Below are positions 1 to 9,869 of a stretch of DNA of 64,000 nt, piece after piece. The number at the start of each line of letters is the position of its first letter. Position 1 is the stretch's first letter. The stretch comes from Candidatus Nomurabacteria bacterium. Lineage in GTDB: Bacteria; Patescibacteriota; Minisyncoccia; Phycocordibacterales; UBA9973. Made by a program: the position numbers and the translations under genes. The stretch is taken from NCBI GenBank assembly GCA_943348755.1, contig CALQYS010000001.1, positions 69,963 to 133,962 of the forward strand. Reading direction: 5' to 3'. The notes under the pieces are model-generated. The model was not told the origin of the DNA and did no database searches. It saw only the letters and a program-made list of their open reading frames with translations.

Positions 1-225
1 GGGAGGGGTCTAGGGAAAAAGCTAATGGAGAAAGCTTTTGAATGGTTTGGTCCGAATCTAGAGGTCAGGCTCAAGGTGGTCAAATACAACTCCAGAGCTA
101 TCGCTTTCTATAAAAAATTTGGATTTAAGGAAACCACAACAAAAGTTCTTTACCAAGGTACAACTCTCCCGAGCGGAAAAGAAATTCCCCGAATTGAAAT
201 GGTTAAACAAGCTACTTTAGCTTAG
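1..225 (+). CDS. GNAT family N-acetyltransferase, 5'-truncated by window edge
   Basis: Frame 1 is open from base 1 and reads GRGLGKKLM (acetyl-CoA motif A), followed by N.RAIAFYKKFGF (motif B). Confidence 0.85.
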   Translation, partial: GRGLGKKLMEKAFEWFGPNLEVRLKVVKYNSRAIAFYKKFGFKETTTKVLYQGTTLPSGKEIPRIEMVKQATLA

Positions 226-247
226 TAAAGTGGGTATTTCTTGTGAT

Positions 248-937
248 TTATATCAATCTAAGTAGTTGGTTTGCAAAACGAATTAAATCAGCAACTTCAT
301 TTGGGTCTGTGTAAGAGACTACTCGGTGGCTGGTGGGATTTTTCAAAAGGCCAATAGCTCCAGAAAAAAGGTTATGTTTCGCTAGTTGCTCTGGGACAGG
401 AGAAGTTTTATCAGTTAGTAATCCCGTATTTGCTTTAAATGCTTTGCTCATCAAATCAATGCCTATGTCAGTTTCAGCTAAGTTTGCCTTGCGTCTAACC
501 CTAACTTCTACTTCACGAAAAGCTTGAAATATGGCTGTCTCGTAGTCACCTCTAATAAAAGTAGGTTTTACTTTTTCTATTAAAACTGGATCAAGCCCAG
601 ACGAAGGTAGTAATGAACCTTTTTGATAAACACTAAAATCTTTTTCTTGCAAGATTTTCTTACCTTTCCGGGTAACAAAACTCCATCCATCAGTTGTTCC
701 TGGTTGGGGAGCTAGGAACCCCTCTACTTCTAGCCACATCCAAGCTTCCATTAAAACTCTATAAACATCACCCGATTTTCTTTGAGCATAACTTTCAATT
801 TCTGCATTTGGAAGGCTGAAGTTGTAACGATTTAAGTTGGGCTGAGTTTCTAGGTATCTCAATACAATAGGAGCAATTTCTTCTGGTTGCATTGAGAGTA
901 AGTCTTCTATTGGAGGCAATAATTCTAAGAGTCTCAT
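248..937 (-). CDS. TIGR02391 (Hypoth_Ymh) family protein
   Basis: C-terminal AF..VE..VR, G.DLM..AF, LF.GAIG..KNP.SH pattern; N-terminal EAW.WL...G winged-helix-like segment; start overlaps pepN stop. Confidence 0.75.
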   Translation of the reverse strand: MRLLELLPPIEDLLSMQPEEIAPIVLRYLETQPNLNRYNFSLPNAEIESYAQRKSGDVYRVLMEAWMWLEVEGFLAPQPGTTDGWSFVTRKGKKILQEKDFSVYQKGSLLPSSGLDPVLIEKVKPTFIRGDYETAIFQAFREVEVRVRRKANLAETDIGIDLMSKAFKANTGLLTDKTSPVPEQLAKHNLFSGAIGLLKNPTSHRVVSYTDPNEVADLIRFANQLLRLI

Positions 938-3591
938 AATTTATATTTTCTCTCCAAAAACCTTTCTATTTTCCTTCCGTCTCTTTTGAGCCAAGCGACG
1001 TTGCCTTCGAGCCGCTCGAGGACTTGCTGGATAGAGCGCTTGGCTCCTGGGGCATCGTGGGTGGTAAAGAATTTTTTAAAAGATTTGAGGTGTTTCTCTT
1101 CCGCGCTACTTGAAATAGCCTTCACGAGTCGGGCGAGGGTGTGTCCACCGTCCCCATAGCGGGCGACAAGCTGTACCCACTTCTTTTGTACAAAGTCGAG
1201 CCAGATGTCTCGACCGAGAGGGTTGGCGCCAACAGAGGAGAGGATGCCGATAGTGTCTTGTTTGCGGACATGTTCAGAGAAGGAAAATTCACAAGTTAGT
1301 TTTAATAGTTTGTCATCACAGAAATCACCCAAGGCGCTTCCGATTCTGTTTTTCTCTTCGTGTAATGTCTCTGCTTTGTATTTTTTGATAAAAGTGTCGT
1401 ATTCTTTCTGTCCGCCATGCTTCGCAATAATAGAATAAATAGCTCCGCGGAGGTCAGGATTTACATGTCCACCTGTCTGAAGGCTGGTGAACTTCTTTTT
1501 GGCTTCATCTATTACTTTTTGATCACCCGAACGTCCAGCGCGAGAGATGGCAAGGGAGCGTAGCAAGGCGTCAGTGTGTGCTTCACCTTGCTTCTTTTCC
1601 CAGCCTAATTTACGAGCAAGAGGGGAGAAAAGGGAGAGAGCAAGCTCGTCGAGTTTATTTTTTACTTTATCCTCTTTCGCCAATAAGGCCTCCAGCCTAC
1701 CTATACCCATGGCTAATTCGAGCCAGACGGTGTAATTATCTTCGTTTTTATATGCAGATAGGAACTCGAGAGCATCAGTCGTTGGCACTGTGCCTGCTTC
1801 TGCTAGAGCAAAGAGGTCTCTGATGATGCCGAGTCTGTCTCGCGCAGACAGGAGTTTCTTTTCTACCGGCATTTTTAGCTTTTCTAAAAGTTCTGTGGAA
1901 TATGCTGTTCTGAAAAATCCTGCCTCGCCAAAATTAACCTTTATCCAAAAATCTTGTAAATCAAACTTTTTGCCCCTCGTTGCAGGCACACTTTTTAAAA
2001 AGCCTTGCGCAGGCGGGTAGCCGAGCAGTTCGCTCCCAAAGCTTTGGGAGATAGATTGCTTTATAAAAAGTTGTGCCAAGAAAGAGGGGCTATGACCAAA
2101 AGAGACAGAAACGGGTACTTGCCATAGAGTCTTATCTTTTGTCTTTGCTTTTGACGCTGGACTTGCAAAGAATCTTTCTTGGGAAAGTTTTAATTTGTCA
2201 TTTTTCATCTCTGCTTTTATTACCGGATATCCGGGTTTGCCAGTCCAGTTTTTCATCATCTTTGCCACTGGCTTCTTGGAAACTTTTTCAAACGCTTCCC
2301 ACAAGTGAAAGGTCTCAGTATTTTTATAGCTATGCTTTTTGAGATAATGTCGCAGTCCATCGCGGAAATCTTTTTCACCGAGATAGTCTGCAAGCATGCG
2401 GATGACGGAAGCGCCTTTAGAATAGGACACTTCATCAAATATCTCGCCTATTTCATCAGGGTGATGCACGTGGATCTCGATCGGATGCGTGTGGAGCAGG
2501 GCGTCGAGGCGGAGCGCAGTGCCGAGCTCGTTGGTGGAGAATTGGGTCCAGATGTCCCAATGAGGGAAAAGTTTATCGATCGCGAGGTATTCTATGTATG
2601 AAGCAAAGCCTTCATTTAGCCATAGGTGCGTCCACCATTCCATGGTTACCAAGTTGCCAAACCATTGATGCGCTATTTCATGAGCTATAACGAGAGCCAC
2701 CCATTGCTTGTTGCCGATAGAGGAATGGTTTTCATCTACCAAAAGGGCTGATTCACGATATGTGATGGCACCCCAGTTTTCCATGGCTCCGGAAGTAAAG
2801 TCGGGGATGGCAATCATGTCGAGGACTGGCAGGGGATATGCGATGTCAAAATATTCTTCGTAAAATTCAAGGGTCTTCACGGCGCAGTCGAGGGCGAACT
2901 TCGCTTGGTGTTTTTTCCCTGGGGTGGTAAATACTCGCACCTGTACGTTATTTTTTGTTTTGGATTCTATATATTCAAAGTCTCCAATGATAAACGCTAA
3001 AAGGTAGGTAGACATTTTTGGCGTCGGAGAAAATTTAATTATTTCGTAGCCGGCTTCGTGTTCGGAAACAGAAACTGGCAAAGTGTTTGATATAGCAGTT
3101 TTACCTTTTGGAATGATGAGCGAGACATGGAAAACTGCTTTCTGGGCTGGTTCGTCAAAGCAGGGGAAGGCTCGACGGGCATCTGTGGCTTCAAACTGCG
3201 TCGTAGCCATGTGATGTTCTTTATCACCAATAGTATACTTGCTTCGATAGAAGCCCCGCATCTTGTCATTGAGGATACCTTTAAATACGATAGTTAATTT
3301 TATTTTTCCTTTGTTCTCTTTAGGAATATTTTTAGGGAAAGTGAAAGTGGCTGTCTCAGACTTTTCATCATAAGAAATTTTCGCGAAATCATCTTTAATT
3401 CGGGCTGTCTCTATCTCTATCTCTTTGCAGTGTAGCGTGAGTGTCTTTGTCGGTTTCAAAATAGAGAGAGTAATAGTCTCAATTCCCTCAAAAGTAAAAT
3501 TGTTTAGATCAGGCCGTAATTGAATATCGTACTCTATCGGAACGACGTTTTTAGATAAGCGTACGCTCTTTGCAGTTTGCTTCTTTTGCAT
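934..3591 (-). CDS. pepN: M1 family aminopeptidase (puromycin-sensitive/PepN type with ERAP1-like C-terminal domain), with in-frame structured insert at 1972-2090
   Basis: GAMENWG, HEIAHQW and downstream NEGFA zinc ligands; start moved to MQKKQ (3591), which lies 7 nt from a TATACT -10 box. Confidence 0.93.
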   Translation of the reverse strand: MQKKQTAKSVRLSKNVVPIEYDIQLRPDLNNFTFEGIETITLSILKPTKTLTLHCKEIEIETARIKDDFAKISYDEKSETATFTFPKNIPKENKGKIKLTIVFKGILNDKMRGFYRSKYTIGDKEHHMATTQFEATDARRAFPCFDEPAQKAVFHVSLIIPKGKTAISNTLPVSVSEHEAGYEIIKFSPTPKMSTYLLAFIIGDFEYIESKTKNNVQVRVFTTPGKKHQAKFALDCAVKTLEFYEEYFDIAYPLPVLDMIAIPDFTSGAMENWGAITYRESALLVDENHSSIGNKQWVALVIAHEIAHQWFGNLVTMEWWTHLWLNEGFASYIEYLAIDKLFPHWDIWTQFSTNELGTALRLDALLHTHPIEIHVHHPDEIGEIFDEVSYSKGASVIRMLADYLGEKDFRDGLRHYLKKHSYKNTETFHLWEAFEKVSKKPVAKMMKNWTGKPGYPVIKAEMKNDKLKLSQERFFASPASKAKTKDKTLWQVPVSVSFGHSPSFLAQLFIKQSISQSFGSELLGYPPAQGFLKSVPATRGKKFDLQDFWIKVNFGEAGFFRTAYSTELLEKLKMPVEKKLLSARDRLGIIRDLFALAEAGTVPTTDALEFLSAYKNEDNYTVWLELAMGIGRLEALLAKEDKVKNKLDELALSLFSPLARKLGWEKKQGEAHTDALLRSLAISRAGRSGDQKVIDEAKKKFTSLQTGGHVNPDLRGAIYSIIAKHGGQKEYDTFIKKYKAETLHEEKNRIGSALGDFCDDKLLKLTCEFSFSEHVRKQDTIGILSSVGANPLGRDIWLDFVQKKWVQLVARYGDGGHTLARLVKAISSSAEEKHLKSFKKFFTTHDAPGAKRSIQQVLERLEGNVAWLKRDGRKIERFLERKYKL
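1972..2090 (-). mobile_element. In-frame structured (MITE/REP-like) element inside pepN
   Basis: Nested inverted repeats gcccctc/gaggggc, ggcaca/tgtgcc, ctttttaaaaagc/gctttataaaaag; internal palindrome ctcccaaagctttgggag; core shared with 52412-52569. Confidence 0.8.
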
Positions 3592-3636
3592 GATTTTCAG
3601 TATATCTTTTTTTACGAAAAATGCTAATATACAAGG

Positions 3637-4398
3637 ATGAATACAGGTATCCCGACACAAACATTTCAGATAAAAACGACTGGTTTTGAAGGTCCGTTTG
3701 GGTTGCTTTTGGAGCTAGTAGAAAAGCGGAAACTTCATATTAATGATGTATCTTTGGCATCGGTTACAGAAGACTATTTGAACTATATAAATAAAATGGG
3801 GAATCTACATCCAGCCGAAGTGGCGAGTTTTGTGTTGGTGGCTTCTACTCTCATTTTAATAAAATCAAAATCCCTTTTGCCGAACCTGAGTCTGACCGGT
3901 GAAGAAGAAGGGGATATAAAGAATCTAGAAGAAAGGCTGCGCTTGTTTGAAATTTTCACAAAACTGGGTGTAAATGTGAAAAATATGTTTGGAGAGAAAA
4001 TAATCTTTGCTCCGCTCGAAAGGAAAAACGATGTCTTAGTATTTTTGCCAGATGAGCAGATTACAAAAGAAAGCATGATGGGTTTTGCCAAGGGCGCTCT
4101 TGGAAGTATGCCCAAAAAGGTATCTATGCCAGAAGTGGAGGTGCGAAAAGTCATCAGCATCGAAGAAATGATCAACAATCTGACGGAAAGAATCCAGAAT
4201 TCGGTGAAGATGAGCTTCAAAGATTTTGCAGGTAAGGCTAAAACGAAAGAAGAAAAGGTGTTTGTAATTGTGGGGTTTTTGGCGATGCTGGAATTGGTCA
4301 GAAGTGGTATATTAAACGTTGTGCAAGAGAGCGGTTTCGCGGATATTATTATTGAGAAGCAAGAAGGTCCGATTCAGTTGATGCAAGAAAATTTATAG
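3637..4398 (+). CDS. scpA: Segregation and condensation protein A
   Basis: FEGPFGLLL.L..K N-terminus, IKSKSLLP, C-terminal FLAMLEL; adjacent to scpB. Confidence 0.92.
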   Translation: MNTGIPTQTFQIKTTGFEGPFGLLLELVEKRKLHINDVSLASVTEDYLNYINKMGNLHPAEVASFVLVASTLILIKSKSLLPNLSLTGEEEGDIKNLEERLRLFEIFTKLGVNVKNMFGEKIIFAPLERKNDVLVFLPDEQITKESMMGFAKGALGSMPKKVSMPEVEVRKVISIEEMINNLTERIQNSVKMSFKDFAGKAKTKEEKVFVIVGFLAMLELVRSGILNVVQESGFADIIIEKQEGPIQLMQENL

Positions 4399-4466
4399 AA
4401 ATAAACTTTGCCAGAGCCTTATCCTTATGGCCTAACGCAGGAAAGTTTGATTTTTATAAATTTTCT
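4386..4466. repeat. 81-bp element bounded by ~24-bp imperfect inverted repeats, overlapping the scpA stop codon
   Basis: agaaaatttatagaaataaacttt ... aaagtttgatttttataaattttct; inner TGCCAGAG...CGCAGG matches TGCCCGAG...CGCAGG of the dus insert. Confidence 0.7.
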
Positions 4467-4476
4467 CAGAATTAAA

Positions 4477-5043
4477 ATGATGAATTTAGAATCAAAAATA
4501 GAAGCTATACTTTTCTGGAAAGGGGAACCAATGTCACGCAAAAAGCTGGCAGAAGTTTTGAAAGTTGGTGAGCTTGAAATAAACGAAGGGATAGAAAAAC
4601 TGAAAGAAAATTTAAAACAGAGGGGGATAGTATTAATAGAAAAGGAAAATGAAATCGCTCTCGGCACAGCGCCGGAACTTTCAGATTTGATTGAAAATTT
4701 ACAAAAAGAAGAATTAAATAAAGATCTTTCAAAAGCAAGCCTGGAAACCTTATCAATAGTTTTATATAAAAATGGCGTCAGTCGAGCGGAAATAGACTAT
4801 ATCAGAGGAGTAAACTCTGGTTTTACTTTGCGCGCTTTATCTATCCGCGGATTAGTAGAAAGAATTACCGATCCTAAAGACAACAGGCGTTTCATCTATA
4901 AGCCAAGTTTTGAACTCTTGTCCTACATGGGCGTACAATCAGTGACGGAACTTCCTGACTATGCGGAAGTCCTGGGTTCTATCGATATCGCCGCGAAAAG
5001 TTTAGAAGAGGAATCTAATAATGAAGAAACAGGTACAAACTAA
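4477..5043 (+). CDS. scpB: Segregation and condensation protein B
   Basis: IEAILF..GEP, LSKASLETLSIVLY, SRAEIDYIRGVNS; start set at MMNLES, downstream of the inverted-repeat element. Confidence 0.92.
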   Translation: MMNLESKIEAILFWKGEPMSRKKLAEVLKVGELEINEGIEKLKENLKQRGIVLIEKENEIALGTAPELSDLIENLQKEELNKDLSKASLETLSIVLYKNGVSRAEIDYIRGVNSGFTLRALSIRGLVERITDPKDNRRFIYKPSFELLSYMGVQSVTELPDYAEVLGSIDIAAKSLEEESNNEETGTN

Positions 5044-6754
5044 AAATTGTCAAAACTGTAAAAATGACTTCGTAATAGAGCCGGATGATTTTGGTTTTTA
5101 TGAAAAAATAAAAGTTCCACCACCGACATTTTGTCCAGAATGTCGAAATCAGCGACGGCACTCCTGGAGAAATGACACTTCTTTATATAGTAGAACGTGT
5201 GATTTATGTAAAAAATCTGTAGTGACAATTTATTCTAAAGAATCAAGTGTGACTGTCTACTGTAATAAATGTTGGTGGGGAGACGGATGGGATCCCCTAA
5301 AGTATGCTCAAGATTATGACTTTTCTCGACCTTTTTTTGAACAGTTCAAAGAGCTCTCGTTAAAGGTTCCACATCTAGCTTTAGTGAATGATGATGGCAT
5401 CGCGAGCATGAATTGTGAATATACACAAGATTTTTCGTTTGCAAAAAATTGTTACATGGTTTTTATTGGATGGAAAGTTGAAAATGTTATGTATAGCTAT
5501 TACACTTCTGCTGGTAAAGACATGGTGGACTGCTTAGATATAAAATCAAAAAATGATTTTTTATACGAATGCATGCGATGTGCTACTTCGTATAGATTAA
5601 AATACTCTCAACAGTCAAAAAATTGTATAGATTCTCAATTTCTTTTTAATTGTATGAATTGTACGGATTGTTTTATGTGTACAATGCTTGTTGGTAAGAA
5701 ATATTTTTTTAAAAACAAACAATATTCTAAAGAAGAATATGAAAAAATATTAGAGAGTTATAAACTAGATACATTTAGTGGGGTAAAAAGAGCTCAGAAG
5801 GAGTACGATGAGTTCATCTTAAAATATCCTAAACGATACGTTTATGTTTTTAACAGTAAGGGTTGTATAGGAGATGCCATCTCGTATTCGAAAAATTCAC
5901 AATTTTGTTTTAACGTTAAAAAATCAGAAAATTGTAAGTGGGTAGATAATTCTGATTCCCCAAAAGATTCATATGATATGTCGACTGGGGGTGAACTCAG
6001 CGAATGCTACGAAGATATAACCTGTGATCATTCAAGCCGTAATTTATTTGGAATTTTTTCCTGGAAAAGTCAGGACATGGAATATACTCAGCATTGCCAT
6101 TCTTCCAAATCACTTTTTGGCTGTGTAGGTTTAAGAAATAAAAAATATTGCATTTTTAATAAACAATATTCCAAAGAGCAGTATGAAATACTGGTAGAAA
6201 AAATTAGAAAACAAATGGCAGAATTGCCGTATAAAGATGCTAATGGAATTGTATATAAATATGGAGAATTTTATCCTGCAGAACTATCGTATTTTGGCTA
6301 TAACGAAACAATAGCAAGTGAACGTTTTCCTTTAAGGAAAAATGAAGCTATTTCCAGAAATTTAAACTGGCAAGATAAGGTCCAAAAAACCACTGGCAAG
6401 GAAACTCTTAGGCCAGAAAATATTCCCGATAGCATAAACGAGGTAGGAGAATCTATATTAGACGAGGTACTGGCATGTATTGATTGCACAAGAAATTATA
6501 AAATTGTACCGAACGAGTTTATTTTCTACAAAAAAATGAGTGTTCCGATACCCAGGAGGTGTTTTTATTGCCGGCACGACGCCAGACTCAAGCGTCGCAA
6601 TCCCTTTAAGCTTTGGCATCGAAAATGTATGTGCGACAAGAGGGGGCATGCTAATCATGAAGGAAAATGTGAAATAGAGTTTGAAACTACTTACGCTCCG
6701 GAGCGTCCAGAAATTGTTTATTGCGAAAAATGTTATCAAGCAGAAGTATACTAG
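5021..6754 (+). CDS. Cys-rich zinc-ribbon/repeat protein of unknown function (paralog 1)
   Basis: N-terminal CxxC...IEPDDFGFYEK..P.P.FCP.CR, many CxxC/CxxS short repeats, C-terminal YCEKCYQAEVY; two paralogs at 35.9-39.3 kb. Confidence 0.85.
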   Translation: MKKQVQTKNCQNCKNDFVIEPDDFGFYEKIKVPPPTFCPECRNQRRHSWRNDTSLYSRTCDLCKKSVVTIYSKESSVTVYCNKCWWGDGWDPLKYAQDYDFSRPFFEQFKELSLKVPHLALVNDDGIASMNCEYTQDFSFAKNCYMVFIGWKVENVMYSYYTSAGKDMVDCLDIKSKNDFLYECMRCATSYRLKYSQQSKNCIDSQFLFNCMNCTDCFMCTMLVGKKYFFKNKQYSKEEYEKILESYKLDTFSGVKRAQKEYDEFILKYPKRYVYVFNSKGCIGDAISYSKNSQFCFNVKKSENCKWVDNSDSPKDSYDMSTGGELSECYEDITCDHSSRNLFGIFSWKSQDMEYTQHCHSSKSLFGCVGLRNKKYCIFNKQYSKEQYEILVEKIRKQMAELPYKDANGIVYKYGEFYPAELSYFGYNETIASERFPLRKNEAISRNLNWQDKVQKTTGKETLRPENIPDSINEVGESILDEVLACIDCTRNYKIVPNEFIFYKKMSVPIPRRCFYCRHDARLKRRNPFKLWHRKCMCDKRGHANHEGKCEIEFETTYAPERPEIVYCEKCYQAEVY

Positions 6755-7596
6755 AGACACTCCGGATTAATGCTAAGCACGTAATCATTTATCAAATCAA
6801 AAGAAGGCACATATTCATCTCCATCAAATCCATCGATGTCTTCGTTGGTTATTAGTCTTTTGTATTCTCGGGTAAAATCTCGAGAAAGTGGTAGGTATGA
6901 CCAATGCCACTTTTCTTCATTGTAACCAGTCAGTCTAAAATCATTTTTTTCATTATACGTCTCGCAAAAGCCAAAGAGGGGAGCGTTTTTGACTAGCCAT
7001 GTATATACCTTTTCGCCTTCTTCTGTTTCAAAGAATTTTGGGGTTACACTATTTATATCTATTTCTGTGCCCCAATGGTGTCTCGAAGTACCGGGCACAG
7101 CACTGTAGTTTAATATTTTTTCGAATCTTTCCTGACCATCTGGAATACTTTTGGATAGATCTTTTCCATCCACAAAAATAGTGCCTTTCCACTTGCCATT
7201 CCAAAGATCTTTTTGATAAGCAAAATTCCTAGTGGCCGAAGTTATATTTAATTCTATATCCTCCTTTTCAGCAGTCTCTGCCATCTTTTCAAAAGCATCT
7301 AAGGCTTCTTTTCTCAAGTACATATTGTATCCAGCGATGGCGTATTTCAAAGGTACAAGAGTGAAATCCTTCCTTTTTGATGGATCAAATTTGCCAGTCA
7401 AATAAATCTTTTTTTCGATATCCTCCTTTGCTTTTTTTATAGCTGCTTCTTCTCTTAGAATTTTCTGATAATTTTCTTCGTTTTCTTTTTCTTGTCTTAT
7501 GTCTAAAAAGTCGCTAGTGAAATAAGGTACAAGAACCAGAAGCACAAGAACCAGTAAAAAGAGAGATGAAGTGAGGTTTAGGATGTGTTTTTTCAC
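6751..7596 (-). CDS. M15B D-alanyl-D-alanine carboxypeptidase (VanY-like), membrane anchored
   Basis: SATR..YQ, PGTSRHHWGTEID (SxHxxGxxxD), EEKWHW; N-terminal TM helix. Confidence 0.88.
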   Translation of the reverse strand: MKKHILNLTSSLFLLVLVLLVLVPYFTSDFLDIRQEKENEENYQKILREEAAIKKAKEDIEKKIYLTGKFDPSKRKDFTLVPLKYAIAGYNMYLRKEALDAFEKMAETAEKEDIELNITSATRNFAYQKDLWNGKWKGTIFVDGKDLSKSIPDGQERFEKILNYSAVPGTSRHHWGTEIDINSVTPKFFETEEGEKVYTWLVKNAPLFGFCETYNEKNDFRLTGYNEEKWHWSYLPLSRDFTREYKRLITNEDIDGFDGDEYVPSFDLINDYVLSINPECL

Positions 7597-7652
7597 TTAG
7601 AGACAATAACATATTGGTGTACTTTAATCAAAAAAATGCTATATTTATTTAT

Positions 7653-8705
7653 ATGTATTTGAATTTAATCAAAATTTTCTTACCAACCTTGGTAGCTTTT
7701 TTCTTAGGACTTTTTTTTACGCCGATTGCCACTCACTTTTTTTATAAATACAAGATGTGGAAAAAATATGGTAGAAGCGTAACCACCACCTCAGACTTTT
7801 CGAAAATTCACAATGAAAAAGAGGAATTAAAGACCCCAAGAGTCGGTGGGATAATAATCTGGGTCTCTGTCCTCACGACTGTTCTAGTTTTTTATTTGTT
7901 TTCTGTTTTGTTTCCCTCAGAATATAGTTTCCAGATGAATTTTCTAAGTCGAAACCAAACTCTTATACCACTTTTCACACTTTTAGTTGGGTCACTGATT
8001 GGACTTTGGGATGATTTAATTCAAATATATGGAAATGGTGATTTCGCCCGTGATGATAAATCTTGGCGAAAATGGAAAGCCTCACTTATCGGAATTTTAT
8101 CTCTTTTAATTGGTATTTGGTTTTTTTATAAATTGGGGCTAACGTCTGTCCACATTCCCTTTAACGGAGAACTTCATTTGGGTATTCTTATCATCCCATT
8201 TTTTATAATTGTCGCTCTCGCCACTTTTTCTGGGGGAGTGATTGATGGAATAGATGGACTTTCCGGTGGAGTTCTGGCTTCTATTTTTGCTGCATACTCG
8301 GCAATAGCATATGCTCATAACCAAATGGACATTGCTGCTTTTTCGGGGGTTATTACTGGAGCTACATTGGCATTTCTTTGGTTTAACATTCCTCCTGCCA
8401 GGTTCTACATGGGGGAGACTGGTATTATGGGGCTTACCATCACCCTGGCGACGATCGCATTTTTAACCGATTCAGTCTTTATTCTTCCCGTTGTCGCATT
8501 ACCCCTTGTCATCACATCTCTTTCTGTTATTTTGCAAATGATTTCAAAAAGATTTCGGGGTGGAAAAAGATTATTCAAACTTGCTCCTATACATCATCAC
8601 TTTGAGGCAATTGGCTGGTCATCTTATAAAGTTACAATGCGTTTTTGGGTCATATCAGTTGTCTTTGCTGTCATCGGCGTAATTTTAGCAGTTATAAGTC
8701 GATAA
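7653..8705 (+). CDS. mraY: Phospho-N-acetylmuramoyl-pentapeptide transferase
   Basis: KTP..GG, GLWDD, DGIDGL, FYMGETG, APIHHHFE; multi-TM; upstream of ftsW-murG. Confidence 0.93.
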   Translation: MYLNLIKIFLPTLVAFFLGLFFTPIATHFFYKYKMWKKYGRSVTTTSDFSKIHNEKEELKTPRVGGIIIWVSVLTTVLVFYLFSVLFPSEYSFQMNFLSRNQTLIPLFTLLVGSLIGLWDDLIQIYGNGDFARDDKSWRKWKASLIGILSLLIGIWFFYKLGLTSVHIPFNGELHLGILIIPFFIIVALATFSGGVIDGIDGLSGGVLASIFAAYSAIAYAHNQMDIAAFSGVITGATLAFLWFNIPPARFYMGETGIMGLTITLATIAFLTDSVFILPVVALPLVITSLSVILQMISKRFRGGKRLFKLAPIHHHFEAIGWSSYKVTMRFWVISVVFAVIGVILAVISR

Positions 8706-8728
8706 AAAGTCATATTGATTTAATCAAA

Positions 8729-9838
8729 ATGAAAGAAAAAAGGGTAGACAGATTTTTCCTAACAATTCTCGGCCTTTTACTGACTGTTGGGCTTGCCATT
8801 TTTATTTCTGCATCTTTGGGAATTTGGGCTAAAAATTCGAAAACCTTTTTCTCAGTTCTGTTTAGTCAGTTGATCCTTGGTCTTGGCATGGGGCTGGTCG
8901 GTATGTATTTCTGTTACAAAATTAATTATAAATTTTGGAGAAAATATTCTTTTTTAATTTTTATTAGTTCGATATTGTTGACAGCGTGCGTGTTTGTCCC
9001 ACATTTTGGATGGAGTCATGGTGGAGCGCAACGCTGGATACAACTTGGGAGCTTTTCCTTCCAACCGGTCGAATTTCTGAAGTTTGGGTTTGTTATTTAT
9101 TTTGCGGCCTGGTTATCTTGGGCTAAAAACAAGGTACAAGATTTTAAGTTTGGAATTTTACCATTTTCTATAATGCTTACACTTATCGCTGTTATCCTAC
9201 TTAAACAACCCGATACCAAGAGTTTTATTTTGATTTCTATTACTGGGACAGGGATGCTCTTGATTTCTGGTGTTCCATTGAAATACATCTTAGGCATGGG
9301 TGTGGGCGGGGTACTTCTTTTAGGCACGCTTCTTTTCTTTAAACCATATCTTCAAGAACGAGTGAAAACTTTTATTGACCCAGCTTCTAATCCACAAGGA
9401 TCTTCTTATCAAATTCAACAATCCTTCATTGCTCTGGGTTCGGGTGGAATTTTCGGTAGAGGCTTTGGTCAAAGTATTCAAAAATTCAGTTATCTCCCAG
9501 AACCACAAGGGGATTCTATTTTTGCTGTTTTGGGAGAGGAGTTGGGTTTTGTCGGGGCACTATCAACAATATTACTTTATTTACTCTTTACCTTACGTGG
9601 ATTTCGTATTGCCAATAATTCGCCGGATCTCTTTGGTAGACTTTTAGTCTATGGAATTGTTATACTAATTACGGTGCAGTCATTTATGCACATTGCTTCT
9701 GTTACTGGAGTTTTTCCACTAACAGGGGTGCCGCTTCCTTTTATGAGTGGCGGAGGTACTTCGCTTATGGTGTATCTTTCGGCGATGGGCATCGTGCTTC
9801 AAATATCGAAGTTCTCTGGGAGGGGTAGATCAACATAA
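8729..9838 (+). CDS. ftsW: SEDS peptidoglycan polymerase FtsW
   Basis: GAQRWI, FQPVEFLK, LKQPD, YQIQQS, YLPEPQGDSIF, P.TG.PLPF.S.GG. Confidence 0.92.
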   Translation: MKEKRVDRFFLTILGLLLTVGLAIFISASLGIWAKNSKTFFSVLFSQLILGLGMGLVGMYFCYKINYKFWRKYSFLIFISSILLTACVFVPHFGWSHGGAQRWIQLGSFSFQPVEFLKFGFVIYFAAWLSWAKNKVQDFKFGILPFSIMLTLIAVILLKQPDTKSFILISITGTGMLLISGVPLKYILGMGVGGVLLLGTLLFFKPYLQERVKTFIDPASNPQGSSYQIQQSFIALGSGGIFGRGFGQSIQKFSYLPEPQGDSIFAVLGEELGFVGALSTILLYLLFTLRGFRIANNSPDLFGRLLVYGIVILITVQSFMHIASVTGVFPLTGVPLPFMSGGGTSLMVYLSAMGIVLQISKFSGRGRST

Positions 9839-9869
9839 TACTGAAGAATAAGTAATAATATTAAATCAT

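Noticed and set aside
4408-4476. N-terminal extension of ScpB in the ORF track
   Set aside because: TTG start lies inside the inverted-repeat element; homology begins at MMNLES
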